Notes: generated from the letters alone by a model not told the origin. Counted from the first letter of the stretch, positions 10,064-21,732 are shown. The stretch: 64,000 nt of DNA from Zhengella sp. (GCA_041738295.1 JBGSQC010000157.1:265-64264), one strand, 5' to 3'. Made by a program: numbers and translations.

Positions 10064-11164
10064 TCAGATCAAGCCCTTGGGCAGGAGCGCAAAGAAATCG
10101 GCCTCGTGGCGAATGGCACCGGCGATATGCCCTGCCGCATCGCCTGATCCGGCGAAAAGGTCACCGCGTGCCGGGCCGGTGATGGCTGAGCCAGTATCCT
10201 GCGCGATCATCAGGCGGCGAAAGGGTGCGTCGCCGAAGCGCTTCATATCAGGCGCATTGATGTAGAAGGGTGTTGCGAAGGTGTGAAGCAGTCGGTCAAC
10301 GGCCACCGACCGGCCCGGCGTTAACGGAACCTTTGCGGCTGCTATCGGCCCCAGATGCGGATCATCCACTGGCGCATCACGAAAGAAGATGAAGGAGCGG
10401 TTCTGCCAGAGGATTTCGTTGATCCGGTCAGGGTTAGAGGCAAACCAGTCGCGGATTGCCTGCATCGAGATGATGTCCCGCGGGATTTCACCCATGGCAA
10501 CGAGAATGCCGCCCGGACCGGTGAAGCGCTGCCCGGACTTGGCAGCGTAGGTGATCCGGCGGGTTGAGCCATCCGTCATCATGAGGCGAGCAGCGCCCTG
10601 GACGTGGATAAAGAAGGCATCCACCGCGCTTTCAAGCCAGGCCATTTCCAGCTCCTGCCCCGCCAGCTCGCCCTGTTCGATGGCCGCCCGGTCTGGATAT
10701 TCGGCCAAACCATCGGGTGTCGCGCGCGCAAAGGCCAGATAGGGATCCATTCCCGAAGGCCGGTTGGTCTCGTCAACATCGGCGAGGTCGGCAGGCCGGG
10801 CATAGAGCGGAACAGTGAAGCGATCGGTACGACTGGACGATGCTTGCACCACGGGCTCGTAATAACCGGTCACAAAACCTTGGCTGCCATCTGCGGGCGT
10901 GATCCGATGGGGAACGAAATGGTCCTCGAAGAAGCGGCGGGCCTCTTCCCTGCTTTGCGGGTGAAAATTACGGGCTGCCGCGAAGGCCGGCTCGAAGGCC
11001 TCAAGCCGGACACCGAGCGAACCTGTTTTCCATGGTTTCTCGAGATAGCGAACCGCCGACAGCCTGAAAGCAGAAAAGGCCGCCGCATGATCATCGGCGA
11101 CCCAGCCGGGCAGATCTTCAAAGCCCACACGCCGGAACAAGGTGGAAAGCCCGGCGCCGTGCAT
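10064..11164 (-). CDS. mltA: Membrane-bound lytic murein transglycosylase A
   Basis: VTGYYEP, FFIHVQG, NRSFIFF, AQDTGSAITGPARGDLFAGSG (3D domain). Confidence 0.92.
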   Translation of the reverse strand: MHGAGLSTLFRRVGFEDLPGWVADDHAAAFSAFRLSAVRYLEKPWKTGSLGVRLEAFEPAFAAARNFHPQSREEARRFFEDHFVPHRITPADGSQGFVTGYYEPVVQASSSRTDRFTVPLYARPADLADVDETNRPSGMDPYLAFARATPDGLAEYPDRAAIEQGELAGQELEMAWLESAVDAFFIHVQGAARLMMTDGSTRRITYAAKSGQRFTGPGGILVAMGEIPRDIISMQAIRDWFASNPDRINEILWQNRSFIFFRDAPVDDPHLGPIAAAKVPLTPGRSVAVDRLLHTFATPFYINAPDMKRFGDAPFRRLMIAQDTGSAITGPARGDLFAGSGDAAGHIAGAIRHEADFFALLPKGLI

Positions 11165-11167
11165 GGG

Positions 11168-11869
11168 TCATTCTTCTTCCGTGGCGACCAGCTTCCAGTT
11201 CGGATCGCGGCTGCGCATGTCGCGCGAGAAGGTCCAGACATCACGGCCTTCCGACACCAGGTCAGGATCGCCGTCGATGACCTTGCCGTCCTTGTCCATG
11301 GTGGCCGAGATCATCTCGGAGACAATCCGCAAGGTGACGCTGGAGACATGATCCTTCAGCTCCGCGCCGATGATCTTGGCACTGGAGATGCCTACGAAGG
11401 ACGACTTCATGGTTTCGCCGGACTTTTCGCGAGCGGTGATGGCCGAATCAAAGCCTTCAAAGACCTCACGCGACAACAGGTTGCGCAGGGTCTTGCGATC
11501 GCCTTCAGCAAAGGACATCACGATCATCTCGTATGCCGTCTTGGCACCGGTGACGAATTCCTCCGGATCGAAGTTCGGATCCTCATCCTTCAGGGCACGC
11601 AGCGCAGTGTTCAGTTCCGTGCCAGACGCAGCCACCTTATCCAGCGGCGCGTAGAAATCATCGGCAGGTTCTTCCGAGCCGCGCTTGCGCCGGGGGAGCG
11701 AGACGACATTGTCGTCCTTTGCCGTCTCCGCGCCTGCCTTGCGGTCGGTATAGGGATCAAACGGTGGCCGCTCAGTGCCAGTCCGCTTCCCGAGGACGGA
11801 GCGAAGCTGGAAAATGATGACCACAGCCACCACCATGAAGAAGATCGTGCCGAAATCGAGATATTGCAT
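11168..11869 (-). CDS. Tim44/TimA-family adaptor protein
   Basis: QLRSVLGKRTG, GAKTAYEMIV, DVWTFSR...DPNWKL. Start set at MQYLD. Confidence 0.9.
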   Translation of the reverse strand: MQYLDFGTIFFMVVAVVIIFQLRSVLGKRTGTERPPFDPYTDRKAGAETAKDDNVVSLPRRKRGSEEPADDFYAPLDKVAASGTELNTALRALKDEDPNFDPEEFVTGAKTAYEMIVMSFAEGDRKTLRNLLSREVFEGFDSAITAREKSGETMKSSFVGISSAKIIGAELKDHVSSVTLRIVSEMISATMDKDGKVIDGDPDLVSEGRDVWTFSRDMRSRDPNWKLVATEEE

Positions 11870-12060
11870 TGTGCCTGCCAATCGGACCGCAGCGGTTTCC
11901 CGCCATTGAATTGAACACCTGATCACGCTTCATATAGAACGCAGATGCCCAGCATTCAAATCCATAGGTGCCGAACCTATATAATTGGTGTCTTTGGCGG
12001 TACCGCCAGTTGCGACAGGCGGCTGGGGCCAGTCGCAGTCTCTTTTGAAAAGGCTTTTCC

Positions 12061-12549
12061 ATGCCGTTCGGGCTGATACCTTTTGTCCTGCTGATCATCC
12101 CCATCCTGGAGATTGCGGCCTTTATCCTCGTTGGTCAGCAGATCGGCATTGCCGCGACGCTGGCGATGATCGTTGTTACGGCAATCATCGGATCAATTCT
12201 CTTGCGCATGCAGGGGTTCGGCCTGTTGGCACGCATCCAGGCCGAGACTGGAAAAGGCCGCGTCCCGGGCCGGGAACTGGTTCACGGCGTGATGATCCTG
12301 GTTGCGGGCGTGCTTCTTCTGACGCCGGGCTTCATCACTGATACTTTGGGATTCCTGCTGTTCGTGCCCGCCATCCGCGATATGGCCTGGCGCTTCCTCA
12401 AAGACCGGGTGACCGTGACCACAGTTGGCATGCCCGGTTCGGCGCGGGATCGCTCACCGCCCCATGATGGCCGCACCATTGATCTCGAGGCCGAGGAGTT
12501 CCATGCCGACGTTCCGCCCTCCTCGCCCTGGAAGCGCGACCGATCATGA
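12061..12549 (+). CDS. fxsA: FxsA-family membrane protein
   Basis: PILEIA...AGVLLLTPGFITDTLG motif; precedes secB. Confidence 0.9.
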   Translation: MPFGLIPFVLLIIPILEIAAFILVGQQIGIAATLAMIVVTAIIGSILLRMQGFGLLARIQAETGKGRVPGRELVHGVMILVAGVLLLTPGFITDTLGFLLFVPAIRDMAWRFLKDRVTVTTVGMPGSARDRSPPHDGRTIDLEAEEFHADVPPSSPWKRDRS

Positions 12550-12659
12550 TCCCTGACCAAGCCAGTCTTAGGCCTGTCTTGTCTTGAGCGGGTCGCCATG
12601 ATAGCCAGCCCCCGGAAAATCATCGCGCGGCAACGCGCCCAGTCACAAGGAAATGCCTG

Positions 12660-13148
12660 ATGACCGATCAGTCCGAAGCCGCCAACAATGGAGCCGGTGC
12701 ACAGGAGCCGACCCTGAATGTTCTGGCACAGTACACCAAGGACTTCTCCTTCGAGAACCCGAACGCGCCGCTTTCGCTCCAGGGCCAGGGCAAAAGCCCG
12801 GCCATCAACATCAATGTGAACGTCAACGCCAATCCGCTGGGCGATACCGAGTTCGATGTCGTTCTCACCGTCAACTGCCGCGCCGAGGTGGAGAAGAAAG
12901 TTCTGTTCAATGTTGAGCTGGTTTATGGCGGCGTGTTCCGCATCGCCGGTTTTCCGCAGGAGCATGTGCTGCCGATCCTCTTCATCGAGTGCCCGCGCCT
13001 GCTGTTCCCGTTTGCCCGCCAGATCATTTCGGACGCTACCCGCAATGGCGGCTATCCTCCGCTGATGCTGGAGCCGATCGACTTTGCGGCGATGTTCCAG
13101 CAGCGCATGGCCGAAGAACAGGCCCGCTCGCAGGTTCAGGTCAGCTGA
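12660..13148 (+). CDS. secB: Protein-export chaperone SecB
   Basis: [36 protein letters not shown] motifs. Confidence 0.97.
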   Translation: MTDQSEAANNGAGAQEPTLNVLAQYTKDFSFENPNAPLSLQGQGKSPAININVNVNANPLGDTEFDVVLTVNCRAEVEKKVLFNVELVYGGVFRIAGFPQEHVLPILFIECPRLLFPFARQIISDATRNGGYPPLMLEPIDFAAMFQQRMAEEQARSQVQVS

Positions 13149-13159
13149 TCGGCAGCAAC

Positions 13160-13173
13160 GTTTCACGTGAATC
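13160..13173. promoter_or_regulatory. parS site
   Basis: gtttcacgtgaatc, intergenic, one mismatch to consensus. Confidence 0.75.
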
Positions 13174-13175
13174 AC

Positions 13176-13204
13176 AAAGCCCGGACCTCGCGTCCGGGCT
13201 TTTT
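13176..13204 (+). terminator. Intrinsic terminator after secB, possibly bidirectional
   Basis: aaagcccggac-ctcgc-gtccgggcttttt between convergent secB and dnaQ. Confidence 0.85.
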
Positions 13205-13237
13205 GTTAGTCGGATTCAACCAGTTCAATAAGCCTTG

Positions 13238-13972
13238 TTAGCCGGATTCTCCGATGGCCTCGGTTGAACCGAAACCAAGCTTGGCCCAGATTGCCTTGTC
13301 GCCGAGACCTATGACCATGCTCTCATGGGCGGCGATCTCCGCTTCAGTGAGGCGGGGCGTGAGCGAAGCCGGACGCTGGCGGACTTCGTGGTGGACCAGC
13401 TCTGATCCTGCATCGGCAGATGCACCGGTCTCGTCATCGCTGACCAGCCGGAGTGCGGCCTGCTTGCCGCCTGCCAGCTCGATATAGACCTCTGCCAGCA
13501 ATTCCGAATCGAGCAATGCGCCGTGTTTCTCGCGGTGGGAATTGTCAACGCCGTAACGCCGACACAGCGCATCCAGCGAGTTGGGGCCCATGGGATGTTT
13601 GCGCCGCGCTATCGCCAGCGTGTCAATTACCCATTCAGGGCCGATCGGCGGCTGGCCAAGACGGGCCAGCTCGGCATTGATGAAGCCCATGTCGAAGGTT
13701 GCGTTGTGGGCGACCAATTTGGCACCGGCGACAAAGGCCAGAAAATCATCGGCTATCTGCCGGAAGGTCGGCTTGTCGGCCAGATCGGCGTTCGAAATGC
13801 CATGGATGGCGAGCGCTTCGGGATGCACTTCGCGGCCTTCAGGGTTGATGTAAACGTGAAAAGTGCGGCCGGTCGGGAACTTGTCCTCAAGCTCGACCCC
13901 ACCGATCTCGATCACGCGGTCGGCGCGATTGTCGAGGCCGGTGGTTTCGGTGTCGAAGATGATCTCGCGCAT
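13238..13972 (-). CDS. dnaQ: DNA polymerase III epsilon subunit
   Basis: MREIIFDTETTG ExoI, AHNATFD ExoII, HGALLDS ExoIII. Confidence 0.96.
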   Translation of the reverse strand: MREIIFDTETTGLDNRADRVIEIGGVELEDKFPTGRTFHVYINPEGREVHPEALAIHGISNADLADKPTFRQIADDFLAFVAGAKLVAHNATFDMGFINAELARLGQPPIGPEWVIDTLAIARRKHPMGPNSLDALCRRYGVDNSHREKHGALLDSELLAEVYIELAGGKQAALRLVSDDETGASADAGSELVHHEVRQRPASLTPRLTEAEIAAHESMVIGLGDKAIWAKLGFGSTEAIGESG

Positions 13973-14030
13973 GGGAATGATCCTTTTGCAGGCAAACAAG
14001 CCGCTGCCTGCCAAGTGTGCGTCGGTCCGG

Positions 14031-14633
14031 TCAGTCTTTCAAGGCAGGTCCTGAAGCTGACAACAGCGCAATGATGCGCGCCACTTCGGCGCGGGCAGGT
14101 GCAAGCCCCAGGCTGGTGTCGATGATGAAATCTGCGCGTGCGCGCTTCTCAGCGTCCGGCATCTGCCGGGCCAGGATGGACAGGAACTTTTCTTCCGTCA
14201 TGCCCGGCCGCGATAACACCCGCTCGCGCTGAACGTCGGCTGGCGCGGTAACGACAATGATCTTGTCAACGCGGGTATCTCCGCCTGTTTCAAACAGGAG
14301 CGGGATATCGAGAATGACAAAGGGAGCGCCTGCTGCTTCGGCCCGCGAGATGAAGTCAAGCTCCTCTTCGCGGACCAGCGGATGAATGATCGCTTCGAGT
14401 TGTTTCAGGGCTTGCGGATTGCCCAGCACTGCCTTGCCGAGCGCTTCCCGGTTGACCACGCCCTCGGTGACCGTTCCGGGAAAGGCGGCTTCGACGAGCG
14501 GCGCTGCCTTGCCGGAATAGAGCCGGTGCACGGCTGCATCTGCGTCATGAACCGGGATGCCTGCTTCTGCAAACATGGCAGCTGTCGTGGACTTTCCCAT
14601 GCCGATGGAACCGGTGAGGCCAACGCGCATCAT
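14031..14633 (-). CDS. coaE: Dephospho-CoA kinase
   Basis: [26 protein letters not shown]. Confidence 0.96.
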   Translation of the reverse strand: MMRVGLTGSIGMGKSTTAAMFAEAGIPVHDADAAVHRLYSGKAAPLVEAAFPGTVTEGVVNREALGKAVLGNPQALKQLEAIIHPLVREEELDFISRAEAAGAPFVILDIPLLFETGGDTRVDKIIVVTAPADVQRERVLSRPGMTEEKFLSILARQMPDAEKRARADFIIDTSLGLAPARAEVARIIALLSASGPALKD

Positions 14634-15478
14634 GGGCTGTCCTCCAGGCCCATGTCGGCCAGCACAAGCGCACGCAGTTCCGCCGTGACGACCGGGCGAA
14701 CGCCAAACCAACGCTCAAAACCCGGCACTGCCTGATGCAGCAACATGCCGAGTCCGTCCGCAGTCTTCATTCCACGCAATCGTGCGGCTGCCAGGAATGG
14801 CGTAACCAAAGGTGTATAGACAATGTCGGTAACGAGGGCCGACCGGGGTGCGGCCGACAGGTCGATGGCGTCGCCACCCTCCCCGTCCATCCCGAGCGTG
14901 GTCGTATTGACGATTATTGCCGCACCGGACAGGACATCTTCGAGCGCCTCGAAACCTGCGCCATCTACCTTTGCACCGAAATGAGCGGCGAGTTCCTTGG
15001 CGCGAGCCGGGGTCCGGTTGACGATTTCAACCCGGTCAAAGCCCCGTTCCAGAAGTGAATGCACAACGGCACGCGCTGCACCCCCTGCCCCGATCACGGC
15101 TGCCTTGGCACCTTTGTCCCAGCCGGGAGCGCGATCATCGAGATTGGCAAGGAACCCGTAAACATCGGAATTGTCGCCATGAAGGCGGCCATTCTCGATC
15201 CAGACGGTGTTGACTGCCCCAATCCGCTTTGCTGTCGGCGAGAGCACTTCCATCGCGCGGAAGGCATCCTCTTTGTGTGGCACGGTGACGTTGCAGCCGG
15301 CCAGACCGGAGGCAACAAGACCGGAAAAGAAACCCGGTGCGGTGCCGGCCGGAACATGGATCGCATCATAGCGTCCGGCGATTCCATGCAGTTTCAGCCA
15401 GTGGCCGTGGATAACCGGCGAGCGGGAATGCTTGACCGGGTCGCCAATGACGCCAGCGCGGATTGTTCGGTCAGCCAT
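14630..15478 (-). CDS. aroE: Shikimate dehydrogenase
   Basis: [37 protein letters not shown]. Confidence 0.96.
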   Translation of the reverse strand: MADRTIRAGVIGDPVKHSRSPVIHGHWLKLHGIAGRYDAIHVPAGTAPGFFSGLVASGLAGCNVTVPHKEDAFRAMEVLSPTAKRIGAVNTVWIENGRLHGDNSDVYGFLANLDDRAPGWDKGAKAAVIGAGGAARAVVHSLLERGFDRVEIVNRTPARAKELAAHFGAKVDGAGFEALEDVLSGAAIIVNTTTLGMDGEGGDAIDLSAAPRSALVTDIVYTPLVTPFLAAARLRGMKTADGLGMLLHQAVPGFERWFGVRPVVTAELRALVLADMGLEDSP

Positions 15479-16070
15479 CAATTTCTCCCAGAGTGCGCAG
15501 CTTTTCCAGCAACGGCAGCAGTGGCAAGCCCATGATGGTGAAGGTGTCTCCCTCGATCTTGTCGAACAGGCGGATGCCCAGACCCTCGATCTGGTAGGCG
15601 CCGACACTGGAAAGTATCGTATCGCCTGCTTGCGCGAGATGACGCCCGACATAACCCGGATCAAGCGTTCGCATGGTCAAGCTCGCTACCTCAACATGGC
15701 GCCAGAGCGTTTCCCCATTGCGGACCAACACGACTGCCGAATTGAGATGATGGGTCTTGCCGGACAGCTGCAGCAGGCGGCGGCGCGCGCCTTCCATGTC
15801 GGTCACTTTGTGGAGCACTTCCTCTCCAAGTGACAGGGTCTGGTCTGAGCCGACAACAAGAGCATCGGGGTAGCGTTCCGAAACTTCTGCTGCCTTTGCC
15901 TCTGCCAAGACCAGCGCGATGTCTTCGGGCATCATTCCGGTCTCTGCCAGCGGAGCTTCGACCGCGCGCTCGTCAACGCGGGCCGGCACAGCGCGAAACG
16001 ACAGGCCGGCATTCTGCATCAGTTGACGTCGAAACGGACTAGCGGAAGCAAGGATCAGTGTGTTGTGCAT
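15471..16070 (-). CDS. maf: Maf-family nucleotide pyrophosphatase
   Basis: [29 protein letters not shown]. Confidence 0.93.
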   Translation of the reverse strand: MHNTLILASASPFRRQLMQNAGLSFRAVPARVDERAVEAPLAETGMMPEDIALVLAEAKAAEVSERYPDALVVGSDQTLSLGEEVLHKVTDMEGARRRLLQLSGKTHHLNSAVVLVRNGETLWRHVEVASLTMRTLDPGYVGRHLAQAGDTILSSVGAYQIEGLGIRLFDKIEGDTFTIMGLPLLPLLEKLRTLGEIDG

Positions 16071-16101
16071 AGGGGAACGGTCTCCGCGAAAGCGCCCGTT
16101 G

Positions 16102-16923
16102 CTAGCGTGCCTTGTGGAAGAGGGCAAGGATGGCTGCGGCGGTCTCCTCGATTGATCGCCGCGTCACGTCGATCATCGGCCAGCCATGGCGCGAGAGGAG
16201 CTGGCGGGCATGGGTCAATTCCGCCGTAATGGCAGACCGGTCAGCATAGTCGCGCGCGTCATAGGCAATGGACGAGCCGAGAATACGGTTCTCGCGGACC
16301 TGGCTGATGCGTTCGGCCGATGCGACTAGTCCGACAATCAGCGGCTTTGAGGCAAGGAGAACACCGTCGGGCAAGGGCACATTCTGCACGATTGGAATGT
16401 TGGCGGTCTTGTATCCGCGATTGGCCAGATAAATGCTGGTTGGCGTCTTGGATGTCCGTGAAATCCCAAGAATCACGATGTCGGCATCGTCAAGGTCATG
16501 GCTCAGCTGACCGTCATCATGCTCCATGGTGAAGTTCAGCGCATCGATCCGGCGGAAGTACTCCGCATCAAGCACGTGCTGTGCTCCGACACGCCGCCCG
16601 GCCGGGGTGCCGAGATAGGACTGGAACACGGTCAGGACCGGCTCGAGAACCGAAACACAGGGAAGGCCCAGCGCCTGGCATCCCTCATCAATGGTGTGCG
16701 CGAGATCCTTGTCGACCACGGTGTAGAGAACGATGCCCGGTTCCTCGTCAATTTCCTGGAGGACACGTTCCACCTGCTTCTGGGTGCGGATGAGCGGGTA
16801 GATATGCTCGATGGCGCGGGCATTCTTGTATTGCGCGGCGGCTGCGCGGCCAGCGGCCAGCAGCGTTTCGCCGGTGGCATCCGAGATCAGGTGAAGATGA
16901 AAGAAGCTTTGGGTTTTGTTCAC
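16102..16923 (-). CDS. Pyruvate, phosphate/water dikinase regulatory protein (kinase/pyrophosphorylase)
   Basis: [41 protein letters not shown] start at 16923; usual position next to oriC in alphaproteobacteria. Confidence 0.92.
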   Translation of the reverse strand: MNKTQSFFHLHLISDATGETLLAAGRAAAAQYKNARAIEHIYPLIRTQKQVERVLQEIDEEPGIVLYTVVDKDLAHTIDEGCQALGLPCVSVLEPVLTVFQSYLGTPAGRRVGAQHVLDAEYFRRIDALNFTMEHDDGQLSHDLDDADIVILGISRTSKTPTSIYLANRGYKTANIPIVQNVPLPDGVLLASKPLIVGLVASAERISQVRENRILGSSIAYDARDYADRSAITAELTHARQLLSRHGWPMIDVTRRSIEETAAAILALFHKAR

Positions 16924-17300
16924 AGGTTTCGGCCGTTCCTGCCGGGTTGTGTGGATAAAGGGTGGTTGCGGGGCGGGGTGACCGGGAGGCTGGGGATAGG
17001 CATCGAACTTGTCCACATTAGGGTTGGCGACCGAATGCTGACGACAGGTGTGGATGAATGCGGGGGCAAAGTCCATTGGCCACCACTTCTCCACACAGGG
17101 CACTTTGCCTGTTGGACAGGAAAGGTTTTGAAGGGTAAGAGAAAATCCGACTTGTCCACTTTGTTTTACACATGGGGACAGTCGAATGCTTTTCCGGTTG
17201 CCGGCCCGATTGGGAGGGGTAATCGGTGGATGAACCGCAATCCCCGATTCTGACAGAGTCTAAGAATCAAAAGACCAAGATTCAGAATCTTCTTTTTTAT
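16916..17300. other. Chromosomal replication origin (oriC)
   Basis: Perfect DnaA box tgtggataa (16950-16958); near matches ttgttcaca 16916, tggggatag 16991, ttgtccaca 17009, tgtggatga 17049, ttctccaca 17087, ttgtccact 17152, ggtggatga 17225; AT-rich tract; five GANTC sites in 17246-17289. Upstream of hemE, where gene orientation switches. Confidence 0.9.
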
Positions 17301-17340
17301 TTAGAGGGAGCCTTGCCAGCAAAGGCAGGGCTCGGAAAAG

Positions 17341-18366
17341 ATGACAAGAACAGTCGTAGACGTGTTGAAGGGTGCAAGCCGCGTTCCTCCACCCATCTGG
17401 ATGATGCGCCAAGCAGGGCGCTACCTGCCAGAGTACCGGGAGACCCGGAAACAGGCAGGGAGTTTCCTCGACCTTTGCTACAATCCGGATCTCGCCGTTG
17501 AAGTGACGCTGCAGCCGATCCGCCGATTTGGCTTTGATGCTTCGATCCTGTTTTCCGACATCCTTGTGGTTCCGCATGCGCTGGGTAGGGATTTGCGGTT
17601 CGAGGAAGGTCGCGGCCCGCTGATGACGCCGATTGAGCCAGCCGAGATCGGCCGGTTGGATGGGGCCGGTTTCCATGAGCATCTTGAGCCGGTCTATGAA
17701 ACCGTTCGCCGCTTGCGAGCTGAGCTTCCTTCAGACACGACCCTTCTGGGCTTCTGTGGCGCTCCCTGGACTGTTGCGACATACATGATCGCCGGTCATG
17801 GCACGCCCGATCAGGCGCCCGGGCGGCTGTTCGCATTCCGCCATCCCGAAGCGATGCGCAAGCTGCTCGATAGGCTTGCTGTCCAGTCCGGCGAATATCT
17901 GATCCGGCAGATCGAAGCAGGGGCTGATTCGGTTCAGATCTTTGATTCCTGGTCCGGCGTTCTGGATGAGGCGGTATTCGAGGATCTTTGCATCAAACCC
18001 GTCGCCAAGATAGTATCCATGATCAAGGCGAAGCACCCGAACGTTCCCATCATCGGGTTCCCGAAGGGATCCGGGTCACTCTATGACAGCTATCGCGCCA
18101 AGACCGGTGTGGATGCGCTGGGTCTTGACTGGTCAGTGCCCTTTTCACAGGCCAAGCGCCTGCAAAAAGATGGCGCTGTCCAGGGCAACCTTGATCCGAT
18201 GCGCCTCGTAGCGGGCGGCAAAGCGCTTGACGACGGGATTGACCGTATCCTCGAGCATCTTTGCGACGGCCCGTTAATCTTCAACCTCGGTCACGGGATT
18301 ACACCGGAAACACCTGTGGCCCATGTCGAGCAGATGGTTGCCCGTGTTCGCAATGCAGGTTTGTGA
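17341..18366 (+). CDS. hemE: Uroporphyrinogen decarboxylase
   Basis: [37 protein letters not shown]. Confidence 0.97.
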   Translation: MTRTVVDVLKGASRVPPPIWMMRQAGRYLPEYRETRKQAGSFLDLCYNPDLAVEVTLQPIRRFGFDASILFSDILVVPHALGRDLRFEEGRGPLMTPIEPAEIGRLDGAGFHEHLEPVYETVRRLRAELPSDTTLLGFCGAPWTVATYMIAGHGTPDQAPGRLFAFRHPEAMRKLLDRLAVQSGEYLIRQIEAGADSVQIFDSWSGVLDEAVFEDLCIKPVAKIVSMIKAKHPNVPIIGFPKGSGSLYDSYRAKTGVDALGLDWSVPFSQAKRLQKDGAVQGNLDPMRLVAGGKALDDGIDRILEHLCDGPLIFNLGHGITPETPVAHVEQMVARVRNAGL

Positions 18367-18401
18367 CCGTGTCGGGCGCTGGTGGTGAAAATCTGGGCGC
18401 A

Positions 18402-18923
18402 ATGCAGTCAAGTGGCAAAAAGGCGGGCAAACGCGCTGCTGTCGCGATCCTTGTCTTTCTGGCTCTGACCGGGCTGCTGTTCTGGTTTGATCCGTCTGGC
18501 TTCTATCTCTGGGCGAAGTCCGTTCATGTGATGGCGATCATTGCCTGGATGGCGGCGATGTTCTATCTGCCCCGCCTGTTCATCTATCATTGCGAGGCTG
18601 AACCCGGCTCAGCCCAGTCTGAGACGTTCAAGATCATGGAGCGTCGCCTGCTTCGTGCCATCATGAACCCGGCCATGACGATTTCCTGGGTTTTCGGGCT
18701 ATGGCTGGCGTGGGATGCGGGCTACTTTACGGAAGCCTGGTTTCATGTGAAGCTTCTTGGCGTGGTGCTGCTGTCGGCCTGCCACGGATATCTCGCCAAG
18801 GGCGTTCGGCTGTTTGCCGAAGATCGCAATGTGAAAAGCCAGACTCATTGGCGGCTGGTCAATGAAATCCCGACTGTCCTGATGATCCTGATTGTCGTGA
18901 TGGTGATCGTTAAGCCTTTCTGA
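18402..18923 (+). CDS. hemJ: Protoporphyrinogen oxidase HemJ
   Basis: KSVHVMAIIAWMAAMFYLPRLFIYH, NEIPT...KPF. Alternative GTG start at 18363 overlaps the hemE stop. Confidence 0.93.
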   Translation: MQSSGKKAGKRAAVAILVFLALTGLLFWFDPSGFYLWAKSVHVMAIIAWMAAMFYLPRLFIYHCEAEPGSAQSETFKIMERRLLRAIMNPAMTISWVFGLWLAWDAGYFTEAWFHVKLLGVVLLSACHGYLAKGVRLFAEDRNVKSQTHWRLVNEIPTVLMILIVVMVIVKPF

Positions 18924-19071
18924 ACTGGCCGTTTCAAACATGCTTGCGTTTTGAAGACGGGAAGATTAAACAACGCTCATTCTTCTTCCGGCGCGCCGCC
19001 TGTCTCCCCGACATTGCCCGTGGCCCCTTGACCGGAAATTCCCATTCCTCATTGCCAGATCGAGCAAACCC

Positions 19072-20337
19072 ATGCAGGAAATGAAGCTCCAAGAGCTCAA
19101 AAGCAAAAAGCCGACAGACCTGATCACTTTCGCGGAATCTCTGGAAGTGGAAAATGCCAGTGTTCTGCGCAAGCAAGAGCTGATGTTTGCCATTTTAAAA
19201 AAACTTGCGGAACAAGATGTCGAGATTATCGGCGATGGCGTTGTTGAAATCCTGCAGGATGGTTTTGGTTTTCTTCGTTCTGCCAGCGCAAACTATTTGC
19301 CGGGTCCCGATGACATCTATATTTCGCCTTCGCAGATTCGTCGCTTCTCACTGAAGACTGGTGATACTGTCGAGGGTCCGATCCGTGGTCCCAAGGAAGG
19401 CGAACGTTACTTTGCACTTCTCAAGGTCAACACGATCAATTTCGAGAACCCGGAGAAGATCCGCCACAAGATCCATTTCGACAATCTGACGCCGCTTTAT
19501 CCCGATGAGCGGTTGAAGATGGAGATCGAAAATCCGACAACGAAGGATCTCTCTTCCCGAGTGATCGATCTCGTTTCACCGCTTGGCAAGGGCCAGCGCG
19601 GCCTCATCGTCGCCCCGCCGCGCACCGGCAAGACCGTTCTCCTGCAAAATATTGCGCATTCAATCACCGCCAATCATCCGGAATGCTACCTGATCGTGCT
19701 GCTGATTGATGAGCGGCCTGAGGAAGTGACCGACATGCAGCGCTCCGTAAAGGGGGAGGTTGTTTCCTCGACCTTCGACGAACCGGCAGTCCGTCACGTT
19801 CAGGTCGCCGAGATGGTGATCGAAAAGGCCAAGCGTCTGGTCGAACATGGGCGCGATGTGGTGATCCTGCTTGATTCGATTACCCGCCTCGGCCGTGCTT
19901 ACAACACGGTGGTTCCGTCATCGGGCAAGGTTCTGACCGGCGGCGTTGATGCCAATGCGCTGCAGCGTCCCAAGCGGTTCTTCGGAGCGGCCCGAAATAT
20001 CGAAGAAGGTGGCTCGCTGACCATCATCGCAACAGCGCTGATCGATACTGGCAGCCGCATGGATGAAGTGATTTTTGAAGAATTCAAGGGTACCGGAAAC
20101 TCGGAAATCGTGCTTGACCGCAAGGTTGCCGACAAGCGCATCTTCCCGGCGATGGACATCTTGAAATCCGGTACCCGGAAAGAGGATCTCCTGGTCGCTC
20201 GGCAGGACCTGCAGAAAATCTTTGTTCTACGGCGAATTCTCGCGCCGATGGGAACGACTGATGCAGTCGAGTTCCTGATCGACAAGTTGAAGCAGACCAA
20301 GAGCAATGCAGATTTCTTCGATTCGATGAACACCTGA
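19072..20337 (+). CDS. rho: Transcription termination factor Rho
   Basis: [36 protein letters not shown]. Confidence 0.98.
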   Translation: MQEMKLQELKSKKPTDLITFAESLEVENASVLRKQELMFAILKKLAEQDVEIIGDGVVEILQDGFGFLRSASANYLPGPDDIYISPSQIRRFSLKTGDTVEGPIRGPKEGERYFALLKVNTINFENPEKIRHKIHFDNLTPLYPDERLKMEIENPTTKDLSSRVIDLVSPLGKGQRGLIVAPPRTGKTVLLQNIAHSITANHPECYLIVLLIDERPEEVTDMQRSVKGEVVSSTFDEPAVRHVQVAEMVIEKAKRLVEHGRDVVILLDSITRLGRAYNTVVPSSGKVLTGGVDANALQRPKRFFGAARNIEEGGSLTIIATALIDTGSRMDEVIFEEFKGTGNSEIVLDRKVADKRIFPAMDILKSGTRKEDLLVARQDLQKIFVLRRILAPMGTTDAVEFLIDKLKQTKSNADFFDSMNT

Positions 20338-20418
20338 CCGAATCGGATACGAAACAACACCAGTGGCGCAGCCTTTTGGTCGATCCTATTGGAATCACTG
20401 AGATAATGGTGATTTTCG

Positions 20419-21732
20419 GTGTCTGACGAAGCTGATACGATCTATGCGCTATCCAGTGGTGGGCTTCCTGCCGGTGTTGCGGTAGTCCGCGTCTCAGGGT
20501 CGAGGGTCCGTGCTGTTGTGGAAGCACTTTGCGGTACGCTACCAGAGCCGCGCAAAGCCTTGCTTAAAACATTGCGTTCTTCAGAGCGCGAGGTTCTGGA
20601 TACCGGCCTGGTTCTCTTCTTTCCGTCGCCCAAAAGTTTTACCGGTGAGGATGTCGCCGAGTTTCATATTCATGGCGGCAAGGCGGTCGTAGCCCGATTT
20701 CTGGACGAATTGAGCGGCTTCTCCTCATTGAGGCCTGCTGTCGCAGGCGAGTTTACCCGGCGGGCTTTTGTCAACGGTCAAGTGGATCTGACAGAAGCCG
20801 AAGGTCTGGCCGACCTGGTTGCGGTCGAAACAGAAATGCAGCGCCGCTTGGCACTGTCCGGTACCCATGGTGGCCAAAAAGCACTTTACGATGGATGGCG
20901 CGATACACTGCTGCATGCACGGGCCATGCTTGAAGCAGAGTTTGACTTCTCCGATGAGGGGGATATCCTGGGATCCGTTTTTGAGACAATGGTCCCGGAG
21001 CTGAGACAGCTTGCAGAAGCAATCGGCGACCATCTTGCCTCTACCAAGGCGATGGAGATCATTCGCGATGGTTTCCGTGTCGTTCTGGTTGGTGTTCCGA
21101 ATTCCGGCAAATCCAGCCTGCTCAATGCACTGGCTAATCGCGAAGTGGCAATTGTCACGGAAGAGGCGGGCACGACACGCGATGTCATCGAGGTTTCTCT
21201 CGATCTTGAAGGTTACAAGGTGATTGTTTCGGACACCGCCGGGATTCGTGAAGCGGAAGGCTTGGTCGAGAAGATCGGGATTGAACGGACGCGCCAAGCA
21301 ATTGGCCAGGCAGACCTGGTGCTGGTCCTGGTTCCGCCGGACGGCGCCCTCCCGGAGATTGAGCCTAATTTGCTGGACAATGCTTTTCATGTTCACACGA
21401 AAGCCGACCTGCTAGGTGTCGAAGCACCCGATGGGTCTATATCTGTCCATTCCGGGCAGGGAATTCAGGGAGTGATTGATATGATCAAGGGCCATGTCAC
21501 GGAATCGACGGTCAGTGGGCAGTCAACTGTGGGACTTCAGGAAAGGCATGTGTCGTTGTTGAGGGCTACAGAATCTTCTTTAAGGACAGCGATTGCGAGC
21601 TGGAAGGGCCACCCGGAAATCGCAGCGGAGCATTTGCGGCAGGCGTCCCACGAACTGGGGCGGATTACCGGTCGGGTAGATGTCGAAGATCTTCTTGGAG
21701 TCATTTTCTCCCGTTTCTGCGTGGGAAAATGA
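20419..21732 (+). CDS. mnmE: tRNA modification GTPase
   Basis: SFTGEDVAEFHIHGG, GVPNSGKSSL, GTTRD, DTAGIR, C-terminal FCVGK. Confidence 0.96.
   Translation: MSDEADTIYALSSGGLPAGVAVVRVSGSRVRAVVEALCGTLPEPRKALLKTLRSSEREVLDTGLVLFFPSPKSFTGEDVAEFHIHGGKAVVARFLDELSGFSSLRPAVAGEFTRRAFVNGQVDLTEAEGLADLVAVETEMQRRLALSGTHGGQKALYDGWRDTLLHARAMLEAEFDFSDEGDILGSVFETMVPELRQLAEAIGDHLASTKAMEIIRDGFRVVLVGVPNSGKSSLLNALANREVAIVTEEAGTTRDVIEVSLDLEGYKVIVSDTAGIREAEGLVEKIGIERTRQAIGQADLVLVLVPPDGALPEIEPNLLDNAFHVHTKADLLGVEAPDGSISVHSGQGIQGVIDMIKGHVTESTVSGQSTVGLQERHVSLLRATESSLRTAIASWKGHPEIAAEHLRQASHELGRITGRVDVEDLLGVIFSRFCVGK

Noticed and set aside
16924-17103. N-terminal extension of the dikinase regulator in the ORF track
   Set aside because: It runs through oriC DnaA boxes; family similarity begins at the GTG at 16923.
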